A DNA stretch of 64,000 bases from an uncultured Fimbriimonadaceae bacterium (GCA_964607175.1 CAZSIM010000009.1:31985-95984), one strand, 5' to 3'. Shown: positions 18,735-28,817, counted from the first letter of the stretch. Numbers and translations: made by a program. The notes: generated from the letters alone by a model not told the origin.

Positions 18735-20246
18735 TTGCCTATCTCCTTCCAAACGGCCAAAGAAGTCCACTGGAATCTTTCAGTACCAGAACTCGTCGAA
18801 ATGGCTCTCCTGCGACAGGAAGCCAAGCTCACATCTACCGGTGCCATTGTTGCCTATACTGGCAAGTACACAGGAAGAACTCCGAAAGACAAGCACATTG
18901 TGCGTGAGCCCAAGTTTCAAGATGAGATTTGGTGGGGAAACAATAGGGACATTACTCCTGATACATTTGGTCAGCTGGTCGAAAAGGCTAACTCCGTTTT
19001 TCCCACCAAGACACTCTTTATCGTGGATGCGCTTGGCGGGGCTGATCCCAGCCACTCAATCAAGGTTCGCTTTGTTGTAGAAAATGCCTACCACGCCCTC
19101 TTTATTAGAACCCTGCTGATCCGCCCAGATGCTGAGGCTCTTAAAGACTTTAACCCAGATTGGACCATTGCCAACCTCTGCAATGAGACATACGAAAGAG
19201 TTCAAGATGGCAAAGATCATGACGCAATAATCGCTTTGAATCTCGCATCGCAGGAGGGAATCATTATGGGCACCCATTACGCGGGCGAAATGAAGAAATC
19301 TGTCTTCACGATTCTCAACGCCCTCCTGCCGCTTAAGGGTGTTATGTCGATGCACTGCTCCTCCAACATTGGAGAAGATGGCGATACCGCCCTCTTCTTT
19401 GGATTGAGCGGCACGGGCAAGACAACCCTGTCTGCCGATCCCTACCGCTACCTCATCGGCGACGATGAGCATGGCTGGACAGATGAAGGAGTCTTTAACT
19501 TCGAAGGCGGATGCTACGCCAAGTGCATCAATCTCAGCCAGGAAAAGGAACGAGAGATCTGGGATGCGATCAGGTATGGATCGGTGCTGGAGAATGTTGT
19601 TCTAAAAGATGGCCGAGTCCCCGATTACGACGACACCACTCTGACCGAAAACACCCGCTGCGCCTACCCCCTTGAATACATCGAAAAAAGGGTTGAGTCC
19701 GGCATGGGCGGTCATCCCAAAAACATCTTCTTCCTCACCTGCGATGCCAGCGGCGTTCTGCCCCCAATTTCAAAGCTGGATGACGATTTGGTGATGTTCT
19801 ACTTTTTGAATGGCTACACGGCCAAGGTCGCAGGAACCGAGGCAGGCATCACCGAACCAGTCCTTGCCTTCTCCACCTGCTTCGGAGCCCCATTCCTTCC
19901 TCTGCCTCCTAAAGTTTACGGCGATCTTCTCAAGGAAAAGATCCGAAAGCATGGCTCAAAGGTATGGCTCATCAACACAGGCTGGACGGGTGGAAAGTAC
20001 GGTCAGGGCAGCAGAATCAGCCTTAAGTACACCCGCCGCATGATTACGGCGGCAATGAAGGGAGAACTTGATTCTGTCGAGTTCGCAGCCCACCCAATTT
20101 TCGGTGTCAGTGTCCCGACTGCCTGCCCTGATGTGCCTTCTGAAGTTCTTAATCCTCGATCAACCTGGGCAGATGGGGCAGCTTACGATGCAGCCGCCCA
20201 AGACCTCCAGACGAAGTTCGAAAACAACTTTAAGGATTACGCCTAA
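18735..20246 (+). CDS. pckA: phosphoenolpyruvate carboxykinase (ATP)
   Basis: Kinase-1a loop FFGLSGTGKTTLS plus IGDDEHGW. The TTG start at 18735 is preceded by agggaga. Confidence 0.93.
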   Translation: MPISFQTAKEVHWNLSVPELVEMALLRQEAKLTSTGAIVAYTGKYTGRTPKDKHIVREPKFQDEIWWGNNRDITPDTFGQLVEKANSVFPTKTLFIVDALGGADPSHSIKVRFVVENAYHALFIRTLLIRPDAEALKDFNPDWTIANLCNETYERVQDGKDHDAIIALNLASQEGIIMGTHYAGEMKKSVFTILNALLPLKGVMSMHCSSNIGEDGDTALFFGLSGTGKTTLSADPYRYLIGDDEHGWTDEGVFNFEGGCYAKCINLSQEKEREIWDAIRYGSVLENVVLKDGRVPDYDDTTLTENTRCAYPLEYIEKRVESGMGGHPKNIFFLTCDASGVLPPISKLDDDLVMFYFLNGYTAKVAGTEAGITEPVLAFSTCFGAPFLPLPPKVYGDLLKEKIRKHGSKVWLINTGWTGGKYGQGSRISLKYTRRMITAAMKGELDSVEFAAHPIFGVSVPTACPDVPSEVLNPRSTWADGAAYDAAAQDLQTKFENNFKDYA

Positions 20247-20264
20247 GGCCCAAGTTAGAGCCAA

Positions 20265-20307
20265 AACAAATAGACCTGTGCGGATAAACCGCACAGGTCT
20301 ATTTGTT
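20265..20307. terminator. bidirectional rho-independent terminator (pckA / acs)
   Basis: Perfect 19-bp stem aacaaatagacctgtgcgg / ccgcacaggtctatttgtt with loop ataaa. T-rich flanks on both strands. Confidence 0.8.
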
Positions 20308-20335
20308 CTGCAGCTTAGTAGATTAACTTAGTCAA

Positions 20336-22342
20336 TCAAGATTCAGTTGATTCGTACTGCTCTTTTAGTTTGGCAACAATAGTCGGGTCAGCAAGAGTCG
20401 TGGTATCACCCATAACCCTGCCTTCGGCAACATCGCGAAGAAGACGCCTCATGATTTTGCCTGAACGAGTTTTTGGCACATCAGCACAAAAGAAAAGATC
20501 ATCTGGCTTTGCGATGGCGCCAATTTTTCTGCCGACGTGAGAGCGAATTTCCTCTTTCAAGGTATCCGAAGCTTCATTTCCCGAACGGAGAATAACAAAA
20601 GCGGCGATTGCCTGTCCCTTAATATCATGAGTGCGGCCAATGACGGCAGCTTCTGCAACTGCCGGATGGTCGACTAGTGCAGATTCCACTTCCATCGTGG
20701 AAATGTTGTGTCCGGCCACGAGCATCACGTCATCAACTCGACCAAGAAGCCAAAAACATCCATCTCCATCACGTTTGGCACCATCACCCGCGAAATAGGC
20801 GTCGCTAAACTTGCTCCAATAGGTTTTTACATAGCGGTCAGGGTCACCCCATATGCCGCGGAGCATGGAAGGCCAGGGCCTTTTAAGCACCAGCAGCCCT
20901 CCTACTTCCCCATCACCGTTTTCGTCGCTGGCATCGGCCCCCGTCTCATCATAGATTTCAGCCTTGATGCCTGGGAAAACATGAGAGGCCGAACCCGGGT
21001 GACACTTGGTGATTCCCGGCAGAGGCGTAATCATGATCGCGCCGGTCTCAGTCTGCCACCAGGTGTCTACAACAGGGCAGCGGCTGCCGCCGATTGTCTG
21101 GTGGTACCACACCCAGGCTTCTGGGTTGATCGGCTCGCCAACAGAACCTAACAGCCTCAGTGAAGCAAGATCACATCGCTCTGGATACTCCTGCCCCCAC
21201 TTCATAAAGGTGCGGATTGCGGTAGGAGCTGTGTAAAGAATAGTGACCTTGTATTTTTCGATAATCCTCCAGAACCTATCCTTATCGGGCGTATCGGGAG
21301 CGCCTTCATAAATCACTTGAGTCACGGCATGAGACATGGGGCCATAAACAACATAGCTGTGCCCAGTCACCCAGCCGCAGTCCGCCGTACACCAGTAGAC
21401 ATCAGAATCTTTGAGGTCAAAAACCAGCTTGCTTGTTGCAGAGGTGCCTGTAAGGTAGCCCCCCGTTGTGTGCATGATTCCTTTTGGCTTGCCTGTGCTG
21501 CCGCTGGTGTAAAGAATAAAAAGCAGATCTTCGCTGTCCATAGGTTCACATGGACATTCACTTGACTGAGAATCAACCAGGTCAGACCACTTCAGATCGC
21601 GGCCCTCAACCCACTGGCCGCCATCGTAAGCAGGTGTCACAAGGCCGTTGGTTTCTGTTCCCGGCTCGCCAACGCGCTGACAGACAAGCACCTTTTGAAC
21701 TGTTGGACATTTATTGTCCTTTAGCGCATCGTCGGTTATCTTTTTCAAGGGGACTATTCCCCCTCTGCGCCAGCCACCATCAGCCGTAACAACCGCCACG
21801 GCCCCCGCATCGTTGATTCTTTCAACCATGCTTTCTGCCGAAAATCCGCCGAAAACAACTGAGTGTGCCGCCCCGATTCGAGCGCAGGCCAGCATGGTCA
21901 TAGGCAGCTCGGGAATCATTGGCATGTAAAGGCAGACCCTGTCTCCCTTTTTCACCCCCATTGCCTTAAGACCATTCGCGATCTGACTGACCTTCTTCTG
22001 CACCTCTGAGTAGGTGAAGACTCGCATATCGCCTGGCTCCCCTTCTCCGATAAAGGCCACTTTATCTCCCTTGCCTGCTTCGACATGGCGGTCTAGGGCG
22101 TTATAACAGGCATTGATTTTTCCACCCAAGAACCACTTGGAGTAAGGCTGCCGCCACTCAAGAATCTGGTCCCACGGCTTGAACCAAGTCAGCTGACTGG
22201 CCCAGCCTGCCCACCATGCTTCGTAGTCCTTCTCTGCCTCCTCGTAAATCGCCGGGTCATTTGCATTTGCCTGGGCAGCAAACTCCGGAGACGGGGTGAA
22301 GAAGCGACTTTCGTGAAGCAGGGTTTCGATAATCTCAGACAA
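20336..22342 (-). CDS. acs: acetate--CoA ligase (acetyl-CoA synthetase)
   Basis: 668 aa with AMP-binding motifs YTSGSTGKPKG and WWQTETG, and the C-terminal PKTRSGKIMRRLLR. Confidence 0.95.
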   Translation of the reverse strand: MSEIIETLLHESRFFTPSPEFAAQANANDPAIYEEAEKDYEAWWAGWASQLTWFKPWDQILEWRQPYSKWFLGGKINACYNALDRHVEAGKGDKVAFIGEGEPGDMRVFTYSEVQKKVSQIANGLKAMGVKKGDRVCLYMPMIPELPMTMLACARIGAAHSVVFGGFSAESMVERINDAGAVAVVTADGGWRRGGIVPLKKITDDALKDNKCPTVQKVLVCQRVGEPGTETNGLVTPAYDGGQWVEGRDLKWSDLVDSQSSECPCEPMDSEDLLFILYTSGSTGKPKGIMHTTGGYLTGTSATSKLVFDLKDSDVYWCTADCGWVTGHSYVVYGPMSHAVTQVIYEGAPDTPDKDRFWRIIEKYKVTILYTAPTAIRTFMKWGQEYPERCDLASLRLLGSVGEPINPEAWVWYHQTIGGSRCPVVDTWWQTETGAIMITPLPGITKCHPGSASHVFPGIKAEIYDETGADASDENGDGEVGGLLVLKRPWPSMLRGIWGDPDRYVKTYWSKFSDAYFAGDGAKRDGDGCFWLLGRVDDVMLVAGHNISTMEVESALVDHPAVAEAAVIGRTHDIKGQAIAAFVILRSGNEASDTLKEEIRSHVGRKIGAIAKPDDLFFCADVPKTRSGKIMRRLLRDVAEGRVMGDTTTLADPTIVAKLKEQYESTES

Positions 22343-22451
22343 TCTGATTCTCCTTTGAAGCAGAGGCGATTATATCGTTTTCTGTACAGATTCAGCCCGC
22401 GAGTTCAGGCTTCCCCCGCAGCCTTGACAGATTTCAACTCTATATCAGATT

Positions 22452-22925
22452 TTGGCGCGATGTTTGCAGGCTGCTACTGCAACTATGGCTTTGGCTTCTC
22501 TTGCCTGCGCTCTCCTTGTCAGCTCTGCTCCTGTCACGGTTAAAAGCCTGCCCCTCGATAAGGTGCCGAACCACGCTGGCTTCACCGTCTACCGCCCCAA
22601 CTCGATCCCTGTTGGCTACAAGCTGGTGAGAGCCCATCTTTACACATGGGAATCCAAGACCCTGCTGAAGCTAACCTATACCAACCGAGCTGCGCTGACT
22701 CAGATGGACCTGGTTCAAAGTCCGTCCACAAAGACCCCCCACGGTCAGAATATAAAGGGCCTGCTTTCATCGGGCAAGGTTGACCTTGACATTGCCCCAG
22801 AGATGACTTTCGTCACCAGCCGCAAGAGCGCTACAGATCTAGGCTTGGCGGGCACGCTCATCACCGCTCCAAGTGCAGAAAAAGTGCTTCAGTCGATGGT
22901 TCACTGGAAGCCAGTTCAGAATTAA
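22452..22925 (+). CDS. hypothetical secreted protein
   Basis: Has a signal-peptide-like N-terminus (MALASLACALLVSSAPV from the internal ATG at 22485). I recognise no catalytic motif. Confidence 0.45.
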   Translation: MARCLQAATATMALASLACALLVSSAPVTVKSLPLDKVPNHAGFTVYRPNSIPVGYKLVRAHLYTWESKTLLKLTYTNRAALTQMDLVQSPSTKTPHGQNIKGLLSSGKVDLDIAPEMTFVTSRKSATDLGLAGTLITAPSAEKVLQSMVHWKPVQN

Positions 22926-23053
22926 TCAGCAGCCAAAAAGAAGCTGATTGGGCTGAAGCCGGGGCACCTGCTCCGGCTTCACGTCATTAACTCACTCGGC
23001 CTTCCGGCTAATCCGACAACGCAGCCCCTCCTCATCCCGTCTATACTCTCTGT

Positions 23054-25366
23054 ATGGCCAGGGACGGCCGAAAGAGCCAATCGGCAAAATCTCCACAGAA
23101 AAAGGCTGCCTCAAGCACAAAGGCTGCAAGGAAGCCACTGCCTCAGCATCACAAAAGTGATCTGACAGGCTTTGCACTTCTTGCGTTCGGCCTTATTCTT
23201 TTGTTTGTGCTGATCGCTGGCAGCGGCGGACTCTTGGGCGATGGGATTTCCAGCCTGGTCAAGCTGGTTTTTGGCGCGGGTGCCTGGGCGGTGGGCCTTG
23301 TGCTTACCTTTGCCGGAGCGTGCGTCGTGCTGGGAAAAACCCCCAGCGAGGCAAGAAGAGTCTACGAAGGGGCTCCACTCATTTTTTACGGAATCCTATC
23401 TGCTCTGGCCTCAGCCCCCAAGGGCGACTACTTTGATCCCGATGCGGCAGCAGCATCTGGCGGATACCTGGGAGCGACAGGCGGATGGCTCTTTTCAACT
23501 CTCTTTGGTGGAGCAAAGCCCATTGTCCTTTTCTTCCTCATCGGGGCCGGGGTTGTTCTATGCCTTTCTGTGCCGATCAGAGTCGCCGTTAAAGATTCAC
23601 TGCGAAAGGCAATGGGACGGCCACAAGCTGTTGAAGCTGAGATTATTGACACGCCTGAAAAGGCCGTTGTCAGTGCCAGGAGCGCCCGAAAAGCCGCCCT
23701 CATTCAAGAACAGCTTGAGCAGAGCCCCTCTCCTGAACCCATCGAAGCCAAGCCAGCCAAGAAGCCCATTTCAGCCTGGCTAAAAGCTCAGCTTGAGGCT
23801 GCTGAATCTGAAACCGACGAGGAGCCAGCTAAAAAATCTGCCGTAAAAGTGGCCGCCTCACCACAGCCCGAGCCAGTTCCTTCCAGCGGTGGTTCCGGCC
23901 CCTACACGCTTCCACCTCTTTCGCTCTTAGCCGAGGCAGCCCAAAAAGCCAAAAAGAACCCAGCCGAGCTTCAGAAAAATATCGAGATTTTAGAAGGAAC
24001 TCTTGAACAGTTCGGGGTTGATGCCAATGTCGTTGCCGTGGCAGCTGGTCCTTCGCTCACCCGTTACGAAATTCAGCTCGGTCCAGGAATCAGAGTCAAC
24101 AAGATAACAACCCTGGCCGATAACATTGCCATGTCTCTGGCGGCTCATCACGTTAGAGTCGAGGCGCCCATTCCTGGCAAAGCAGCCATCGGCGTCGAGG
24201 TGCCGAATGCCATAAGAGCATTAGTAACCTTAAAGGAAATGTGCGACAGCCTTGAGTTCCATGACTCCAAGTCAAAGCTCACTATCGCTTTGGGCAAGGA
24301 TGTGGCTGGCAACCCACGCTATGCCGATATGACCACCATGCCTCACCTGCTGATTGGCGGCGCAACCAACAGCGGAAAGTCCATTGGCCTCGCCACGATC
24401 ATCATGAGTCTTATCATGAAGCACAGCCCCAAGGAGGTTCGCATGGTAATGATCGACCCCAAGAGGGTTGAGCTTTCTCTCTTCGAAGGGCTGCCGCACC
24501 TTATGTATCCTGTCGTCAAGGATGTAAAGGAAGCTGCCGGCGTGCTCCGCGCCGTCTGGCGTGAAATGGATAAGAGGTACGACCTTTTTTCTGAACGACA
24601 GGTGAGAAACATTGACGGCTGGAACGCCAAGGTGGAACCAGAAGAAAAACTGCCCTACATCGTTGTCATTATCGACGAACTGGCCGATTTGATGATCCAA
24701 TGCCGGGCCGAAGTCGAAACCTCAATCTGCCGCCTCGCCCAGCTGGCCCGAGCCACAGGCATCCACCTGGTCATAGCCACTCAAAGGCCCAGCGTAGACG
24801 TTATAACAGGAACCATTAAAGCCAATATCGCCAGTCGAATTGCTTTTGCTGTTTCCAGCCAAGTCGATTCGCGGACAATTCTAGATACCGCCGGGGCAGA
24901 CAAGCTTCTTGGCCGGGGCGACATGCTTTACCATCCTATCGACGCCCTTAAAGCGGTGCGCGTTCAGGGCTGCTATGTCAGCGAAAAGGAGATCGAGGAC
25001 GTCTGCAACTTCTGGCGCAAACAGGAAAAACCCTACTACGTTCTCAACCCCATTGCCATCGCTGTTGAAGAGAAACAGGCTTCGATGACAGAGGAAGAAA
25101 GCGATGAATACTGGCAGGATGCCGTCCGCTTTGTGGTGGATAGAGGTCAAGCCTCAACATCAATGCTTCAGCGAAAGTTTTCCATTGGCTTTCAAAGAGC
25201 CTCACGACTCCTTGACCTCATGGAGGAAAGGGGTGTTGTCGGCCCTCGTGATGGCCCGCGCCCGAGAGAAGTGCTTATTGACGGGATGCAGGTAGAAATC
25301 CTCTTCGGCGGTAAGAACTTTCTCACCCCCATGGACCCAAGCGAGTACATTGGGGATGAAGATTAA
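23054..25366 (+). CDS. ftsK: DNA translocase FtsK
   Basis: N-terminal TM segments and a Pro/Ala/Glu-rich linker. The motor domain has Walker A GGATNSGKS and VVIIDELADLM. A C-terminal winged-helix gamma domain is present (ASTSMLQRKFSIGFQRASRLLDLMEERGVVG). Confidence 0.95.
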   Translation: MARDGRKSQSAKSPQKKAASSTKAARKPLPQHHKSDLTGFALLAFGLILLFVLIAGSGGLLGDGISSLVKLVFGAGAWAVGLVLTFAGACVVLGKTPSEARRVYEGAPLIFYGILSALASAPKGDYFDPDAAAASGGYLGATGGWLFSTLFGGAKPIVLFFLIGAGVVLCLSVPIRVAVKDSLRKAMGRPQAVEAEIIDTPEKAVVSARSARKAALIQEQLEQSPSPEPIEAKPAKKPISAWLKAQLEAAESETDEEPAKKSAVKVAASPQPEPVPSSGGSGPYTLPPLSLLAEAAQKAKKNPAELQKNIEILEGTLEQFGVDANVVAVAAGPSLTRYEIQLGPGIRVNKITTLADNIAMSLAAHHVRVEAPIPGKAAIGVEVPNAIRALVTLKEMCDSLEFHDSKSKLTIALGKDVAGNPRYADMTTMPHLLIGGATNSGKSIGLATIIMSLIMKHSPKEVRMVMIDPKRVELSLFEGLPHLMYPVVKDVKEAAGVLRAVWREMDKRYDLFSERQVRNIDGWNAKVEPEEKLPYIVVIIDELADLMIQCRAEVETSICRLAQLARATGIHLVIATQRPSVDVITGTIKANIASRIAFAVSSQVDSRTILDTAGADKLLGRGDMLYHPIDALKAVRVQGCYVSEKEIEDVCNFWRKQEKPYYVLNPIAIAVEEKQASMTEEESDEYWQDAVRFVVDRGQASTSMLQRKFSIGFQRASRLLDLMEERGVVGPRDGPRPREVLIDGMQVEILFGGKNFLTPMDPSEYIGDED

Positions 25367-25399
25367 CCTGAATCGATGGCTTTTTAGTAAATTTTTGCC

Positions 25400-26215
25400 A
25401 TGATTAAGCTCATGGCTCGTCTTCACACCTTTCTCATCATCGCCGGACTTGCTATTGCAGGCTGTGGCGGTGCTGGAGGAGGAACTTCTTCTGGCGGAGG
25501 AGCCAGCCGCCCCGTCTGCGGAGTGAACTACGCCTCTCCCAACTATGTGCAGGATTACGACCCTGGCTCTGGCCGGCTGAACAGGCTGCTCTATTGGGAG
25601 AAATTCCCAGTGAGAGTCGCCTTCAGAAATGACAAAACCTACCCTGACGGGTCAGGCGGGTCAATTTCCTTGGCGCTTTTAGCTGAAGAAGCCTTTGGCA
25701 GATGGCAGACAGCCAGTTCGGGAGGCGTTCAGATTTCACGGGTGGGCTCAGCCAGCGAAGCTGAAATCTCAGTAACCTTCACGACGCGGTCAAGTCGTCC
25801 TGGCGATGGAGAAACTCTCGCCACCACCGCCCTGAGTTATGTCGAATCTAGTGGACGAATCGTGTCGGCCTCCATTGAAATTGCCACATGGCCGGGCATG
25901 TCTGTTGCAGAGCTTTTTCTTGGGCTCAAAGCCACCTCCGCACATGAGTTTGGACATGCCCTCTTTCTTTACGGACACAGCACAAACTCAGGCGACCTGA
26001 TGTTTCCCACCATCAACCAAGATAAAGATAAAGCTATCAGCCAGCAGGATATAAACTCTCTGCTGACAAGCTACTGCGGCAGCTTTGGCCGCGCCCCATT
26101 AGACCGCAGCCGGGAAACTGATGAGACCATAAAGACTATAAAAATAGCCTGCCGAGCGGAAGGCTCTGGAAGCATGGAAGCGAATCACAAGCACGGTTCC
26201 ACATGCTCCCACTAA
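25400..26215 (+). CDS. matrixin-like (metzincin, M10-type) zinc metalloprotease lipoprotein
   Basis: Lipobox LAIAGC followed by a Gly-rich linker. The extended zinc motif AHEFGHALFLYGHS matches HExxHxxGxxH. Confidence 0.75.
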   Translation: MIKLMARLHTFLIIAGLAIAGCGGAGGGTSSGGGASRPVCGVNYASPNYVQDYDPGSGRLNRLLYWEKFPVRVAFRNDKTYPDGSGGSISLALLAEEAFGRWQTASSGGVQISRVGSASEAEISVTFTTRSSRPGDGETLATTALSYVESSGRIVSASIEIATWPGMSVAELFLGLKATSAHEFGHALFLYGHSTNSGDLMFPTINQDKDKAISQQDINSLLTSYCGSFGRAPLDRSRETDETIKTIKIACRAEGSGSMEANHKHGSTCSH

Positions 26216-26219
26216 GATA

Positions 26220-26253
26220 AAAAGGCCGGACTTCAATCAAGTCCGGCCTTTTT
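26220..26253. terminator. bidirectional rho-independent terminator
   Basis: aaaaggccggact / agtccggcctttt with loop tcaatca. T-runs on both strands. Confidence 0.8.
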
Positions 26254-26272
26254 ATTCCTGCTGCAAAACTGC

Positions 26273-26884
26273 TTACTCAGGAGTTTCTACGAATTCAAGA
26301 ACCTCTGAGTTGATACAGAACCTCAGGCCAGACTTATCCCTTGGACCATCGGTAAACACATGTCCAAGGTGTCCGTCAGACTTTGAATCCAGCACTTCCA
26401 TGCGTGTCATGCCATAGCTGTAGTCTGGCTTCAGCCAGATAGCATCCATATCATAAGGCTGAAAGAAGGAGGGCCAGCCAGTGCCAGAATCGAACTTGGC
26501 GTCTGACTTAAACACAGGATGATCTATGGCTGCCACCTTGTAATAGCCTTTACCTTTGTGGTCATGAAAAACTCCGCAGAAGGCAGCTTCTGTGCCATGT
26601 GACCTCAAAATTCTAAACTGTTCGGGAGTCAGCTTGGCCTTCCATTCGGCCTGAGTCCACTTGATTTTATCTTCTCGCTGAGGAGATTCGGCGAGAAAGC
26701 CTTTATAAGGGCCTTCAATAAATCTGCCATCCTGAACTTTCCATCCTGCCACTGTCTTCACTCTCCCTGTGGTGCGGTTTTGACCAGCAGCAGTCGGATT
26801 CACTCCTGAGGAGGCTAAGATGAACGATCCACTGGCCACCCCCAGAGCTCCGAGGGCTGCCACAGCAATAGCCACACTTTTCAT
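26273..26884 (-). CDS. msrB: peptide-methionine (R)-S-oxide reductase MsrB, exported form
   Basis: Contains GTGWPSF, GHLGHVF and RFCINS (catalytic Cys). The N-terminal signal/TM is MKSVAIAVAALGALGVASGSFILA, from the internal ATG at 26884. The ORF-track start is 26932. Confidence 0.85.
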   Translation of the reverse strand: MKSVAIAVAALGALGVASGSFILASSGVNPTAAGQNRTTGRVKTVAGWKVQDGRFIEGPYKGFLAESPQREDKIKWTQAEWKAKLTPEQFRILRSHGTEAAFCGVFHDHKGKGYYKVAAIDHPVFKSDAKFDSGTGWPSFFQPYDMDAIWLKPDYSYGMTRMEVLDSKSDGHLGHVFTDGPRDKSGLRFCINSEVLEFVETPE

Positions 26885-26952
26885 ATTGATATCTACGCAG
26901 AAAGACATCCGGTCGATTTGGGTCCCGGACATTTTTTCTACTTGGAATTTTA

Positions 26953-28092
26953 TTATCTGATAGACGCTTCAAGACTGCGGCGAAAATCTTCAACCGTTTG
27001 GCTCAGACTGGGCCTTGCATCTATCGAATAAGACTGCCAAGACTGTAAAAACTGTCTGCCCAAGGTGTTTTCCCCCTTGTTCATTTCCATAACATAAACA
27101 TCAATTTTCTTCTGAACGTAATCTCTTTCTGCCTTTGTGCCTGTTGTCAAGCTGGGCGGCGGAGTTGGCAGCCACTTCACAAAATCTGTCATCAGCTGAC
27201 GCTGCATTCCCATTGGCGAATCCTGCGTCGAATCAAGAGTCAAGACTGTCAGGCGAGCCATTTCAACTAAGGATTTCAGGGTTTCCTCCTTATCCAGGGT
27301 TCCAAAGGGAGGCACAAGAATCGAGGCCTTGGGATCTAGTGAAACACCTGCCCCGTAGCCAAAAAACCGGTTCTGACGACTGACTGCCAAATCTTTTTTA
27401 GGCGCAGTTATTCCCGCCAAGGCGTATATTCTAGATTCAAGAATCTGTTTGACCTGATCTTTCTGCAGATCCAGCAGTTTTTCTTCGCTAGGGAGAACAG
27501 CCAGCAGCTTCTTTCTGTCAGCCTGACTTGGCTGCACCGCCTGGGATATGCGGTTAAGCACATTAAAGAAGTCATGTCTTCGTCCCATATCTATCGAGCC
27601 AGAATCAGTCGTCTGCAGCATCCAATCAAAGGCAAGCTTTATATCATCTGCCGCTTGATCTGTCTTTTTTGCCTGCACTGCGGCGGCGGCAGATTCAAAA
27701 AGCAGGCTGCTGACCAAGGCTGGTGCGACTGTCCCATTGTAGGCCGAACCAAGCGCCAAACCCTCATCAAACCCAACCTGCACCGGTCCCGATTTTAGTA
27801 TCTGCCTGATCTGGCTTAGGTTTGAAGAATCTTGGGATTCAGGACGGCCATATCCGCTGCCAGCCCCTCTTCTCACAATTTTCAGAACCTTAATGTAGCG
27901 CTCTTGGGCGGCAGGGTCCTCAGGCGGTTCGGTCCAGCGAAGCTCCTCAGGAACCTGTCTCAGCAGGACATCCGCTTCCCCCTGACTAACCCCTCCAGGC
28001 TTCGCTTCCACTTGGTCTGGCTGGCAGCCAGCATGGCATAGCAAAGCTAGAGAAAACCAGATAAAGCCGAATCGAGTGACAGCTGGCCTCAT
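26953..28092 (-). CDS. hypothetical lipoprotein
   Basis: Signal peptide with lipobox (FSLALLCHAGC). The rest of the 379 aa has no motif I recognise. Confidence 0.5.
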   Translation of the reverse strand: MRPAVTRFGFIWFSLALLCHAGCQPDQVEAKPGGVSQGEADVLLRQVPEELRWTEPPEDPAAQERYIKVLKIVRRGAGSGYGRPESQDSSNLSQIRQILKSGPVQVGFDEGLALGSAYNGTVAPALVSSLLFESAAAAVQAKKTDQAADDIKLAFDWMLQTTDSGSIDMGRRHDFFNVLNRISQAVQPSQADRKKLLAVLPSEEKLLDLQKDQVKQILESRIYALAGITAPKKDLAVSRQNRFFGYGAGVSLDPKASILVPPFGTLDKEETLKSLVEMARLTVLTLDSTQDSPMGMQRQLMTDFVKWLPTPPPSLTTGTKAERDYVQKKIDVYVMEMNKGENTLGRQFLQSWQSYSIDARPSLSQTVEDFRRSLEASIR

Positions 28093-28232
28093 AAAGATAT
28101 GTGTCTCACCAGCTCCAAATCGTTCAAATGTTTTCTTGCCTAGCAGCCTGCAGTTTACAGGCTGAATACCTTCTCAAAAAAACACCTCAATCTCCTGCAC
28201 GATTCATTCATCAAAGAAAGTAAACTTGCCTC

Positions 28233-28817
28233 ATGAATCTTCCAGCTTCTACGCTGAACTACACCCTAAAAAGGCAGCTGTTAAAGCTGGTTGGAAACAA
28301 CTTTCGCATCTACGATCCTTCAGGGCAGTTGGTCGCCTTTGTCAATCAAAAGGGATTCCGCCTCAAGGAAGATATCCGTGTTTACTCGGATGAATCAGCG
28401 ACCCAGGAAGTAATGGTCATCCAAGCAAGGCAGATCATTGACTTTTCTGCAGCCTACGATATTTGGGATTCAACGACCCAAACCAAAGTTGGCGCCATGC
28501 GCCGCAAAGGATGGCACTCTATCATCCGTGATGAATGGGAGGTTTTGGACCCCAATGACCAAGTGATTGGAACCCTGATTGAAGACTCTGTCGCTCTGGC
28601 TTTGGTGCGTAGGTTTCTTTCTGCCTTAGTTCCACAAAATTACGACATGATCATGTTTGATGGCAGAAAAGTTGTAGATTTAAGACAGAACTTCAACCCA
28701 TTTTCATACCACCTAAACATCGATTTCACAATGGACCCCCAGGCGACTCTAGATCGACGTATAGGGATTGCCGGAGCGATTCTCCTGGCAGCCATTGAAG
28801 GCAGACAAAAAGGCTAA
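28233..28817 (+). CDS. LURP-one-related / scramblase-like (tubby C-terminal-like fold) protein
   Basis: It has a repetitive beta-hairpin pattern (FRIYDPSGQLVAFVNQKGFRLKEDIRVY...; WEVLDPNDQVIGTLIED...). It ends in a single hydrophobic helix (IGIAGAILLAAIEG). This architecture matches the Scramblase/LOR family. Confidence 0.5.
   Translation: MNLPASTLNYTLKRQLLKLVGNNFRIYDPSGQLVAFVNQKGFRLKEDIRVYSDESATQEVMVIQARQIIDFSAAYDIWDSTTQTKVGAMRRKGWHSIIRDEWEVLDPNDQVIGTLIEDSVALALVRRFLSALVPQNYDMIMFDGRKVVDLRQNFNPFSYHLNIDFTMDPQATLDRRIGIAGAILLAAIEGRQKG

Noticed and set aside
22950-22982. Hairpin gaagccgg-N10-ccggcttc after the 22452-22925 ORF.
   Set aside because: The stem is only 8 bp, the loop is 10 nt and there is no U-tract. 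This is too weak to call a terminator.
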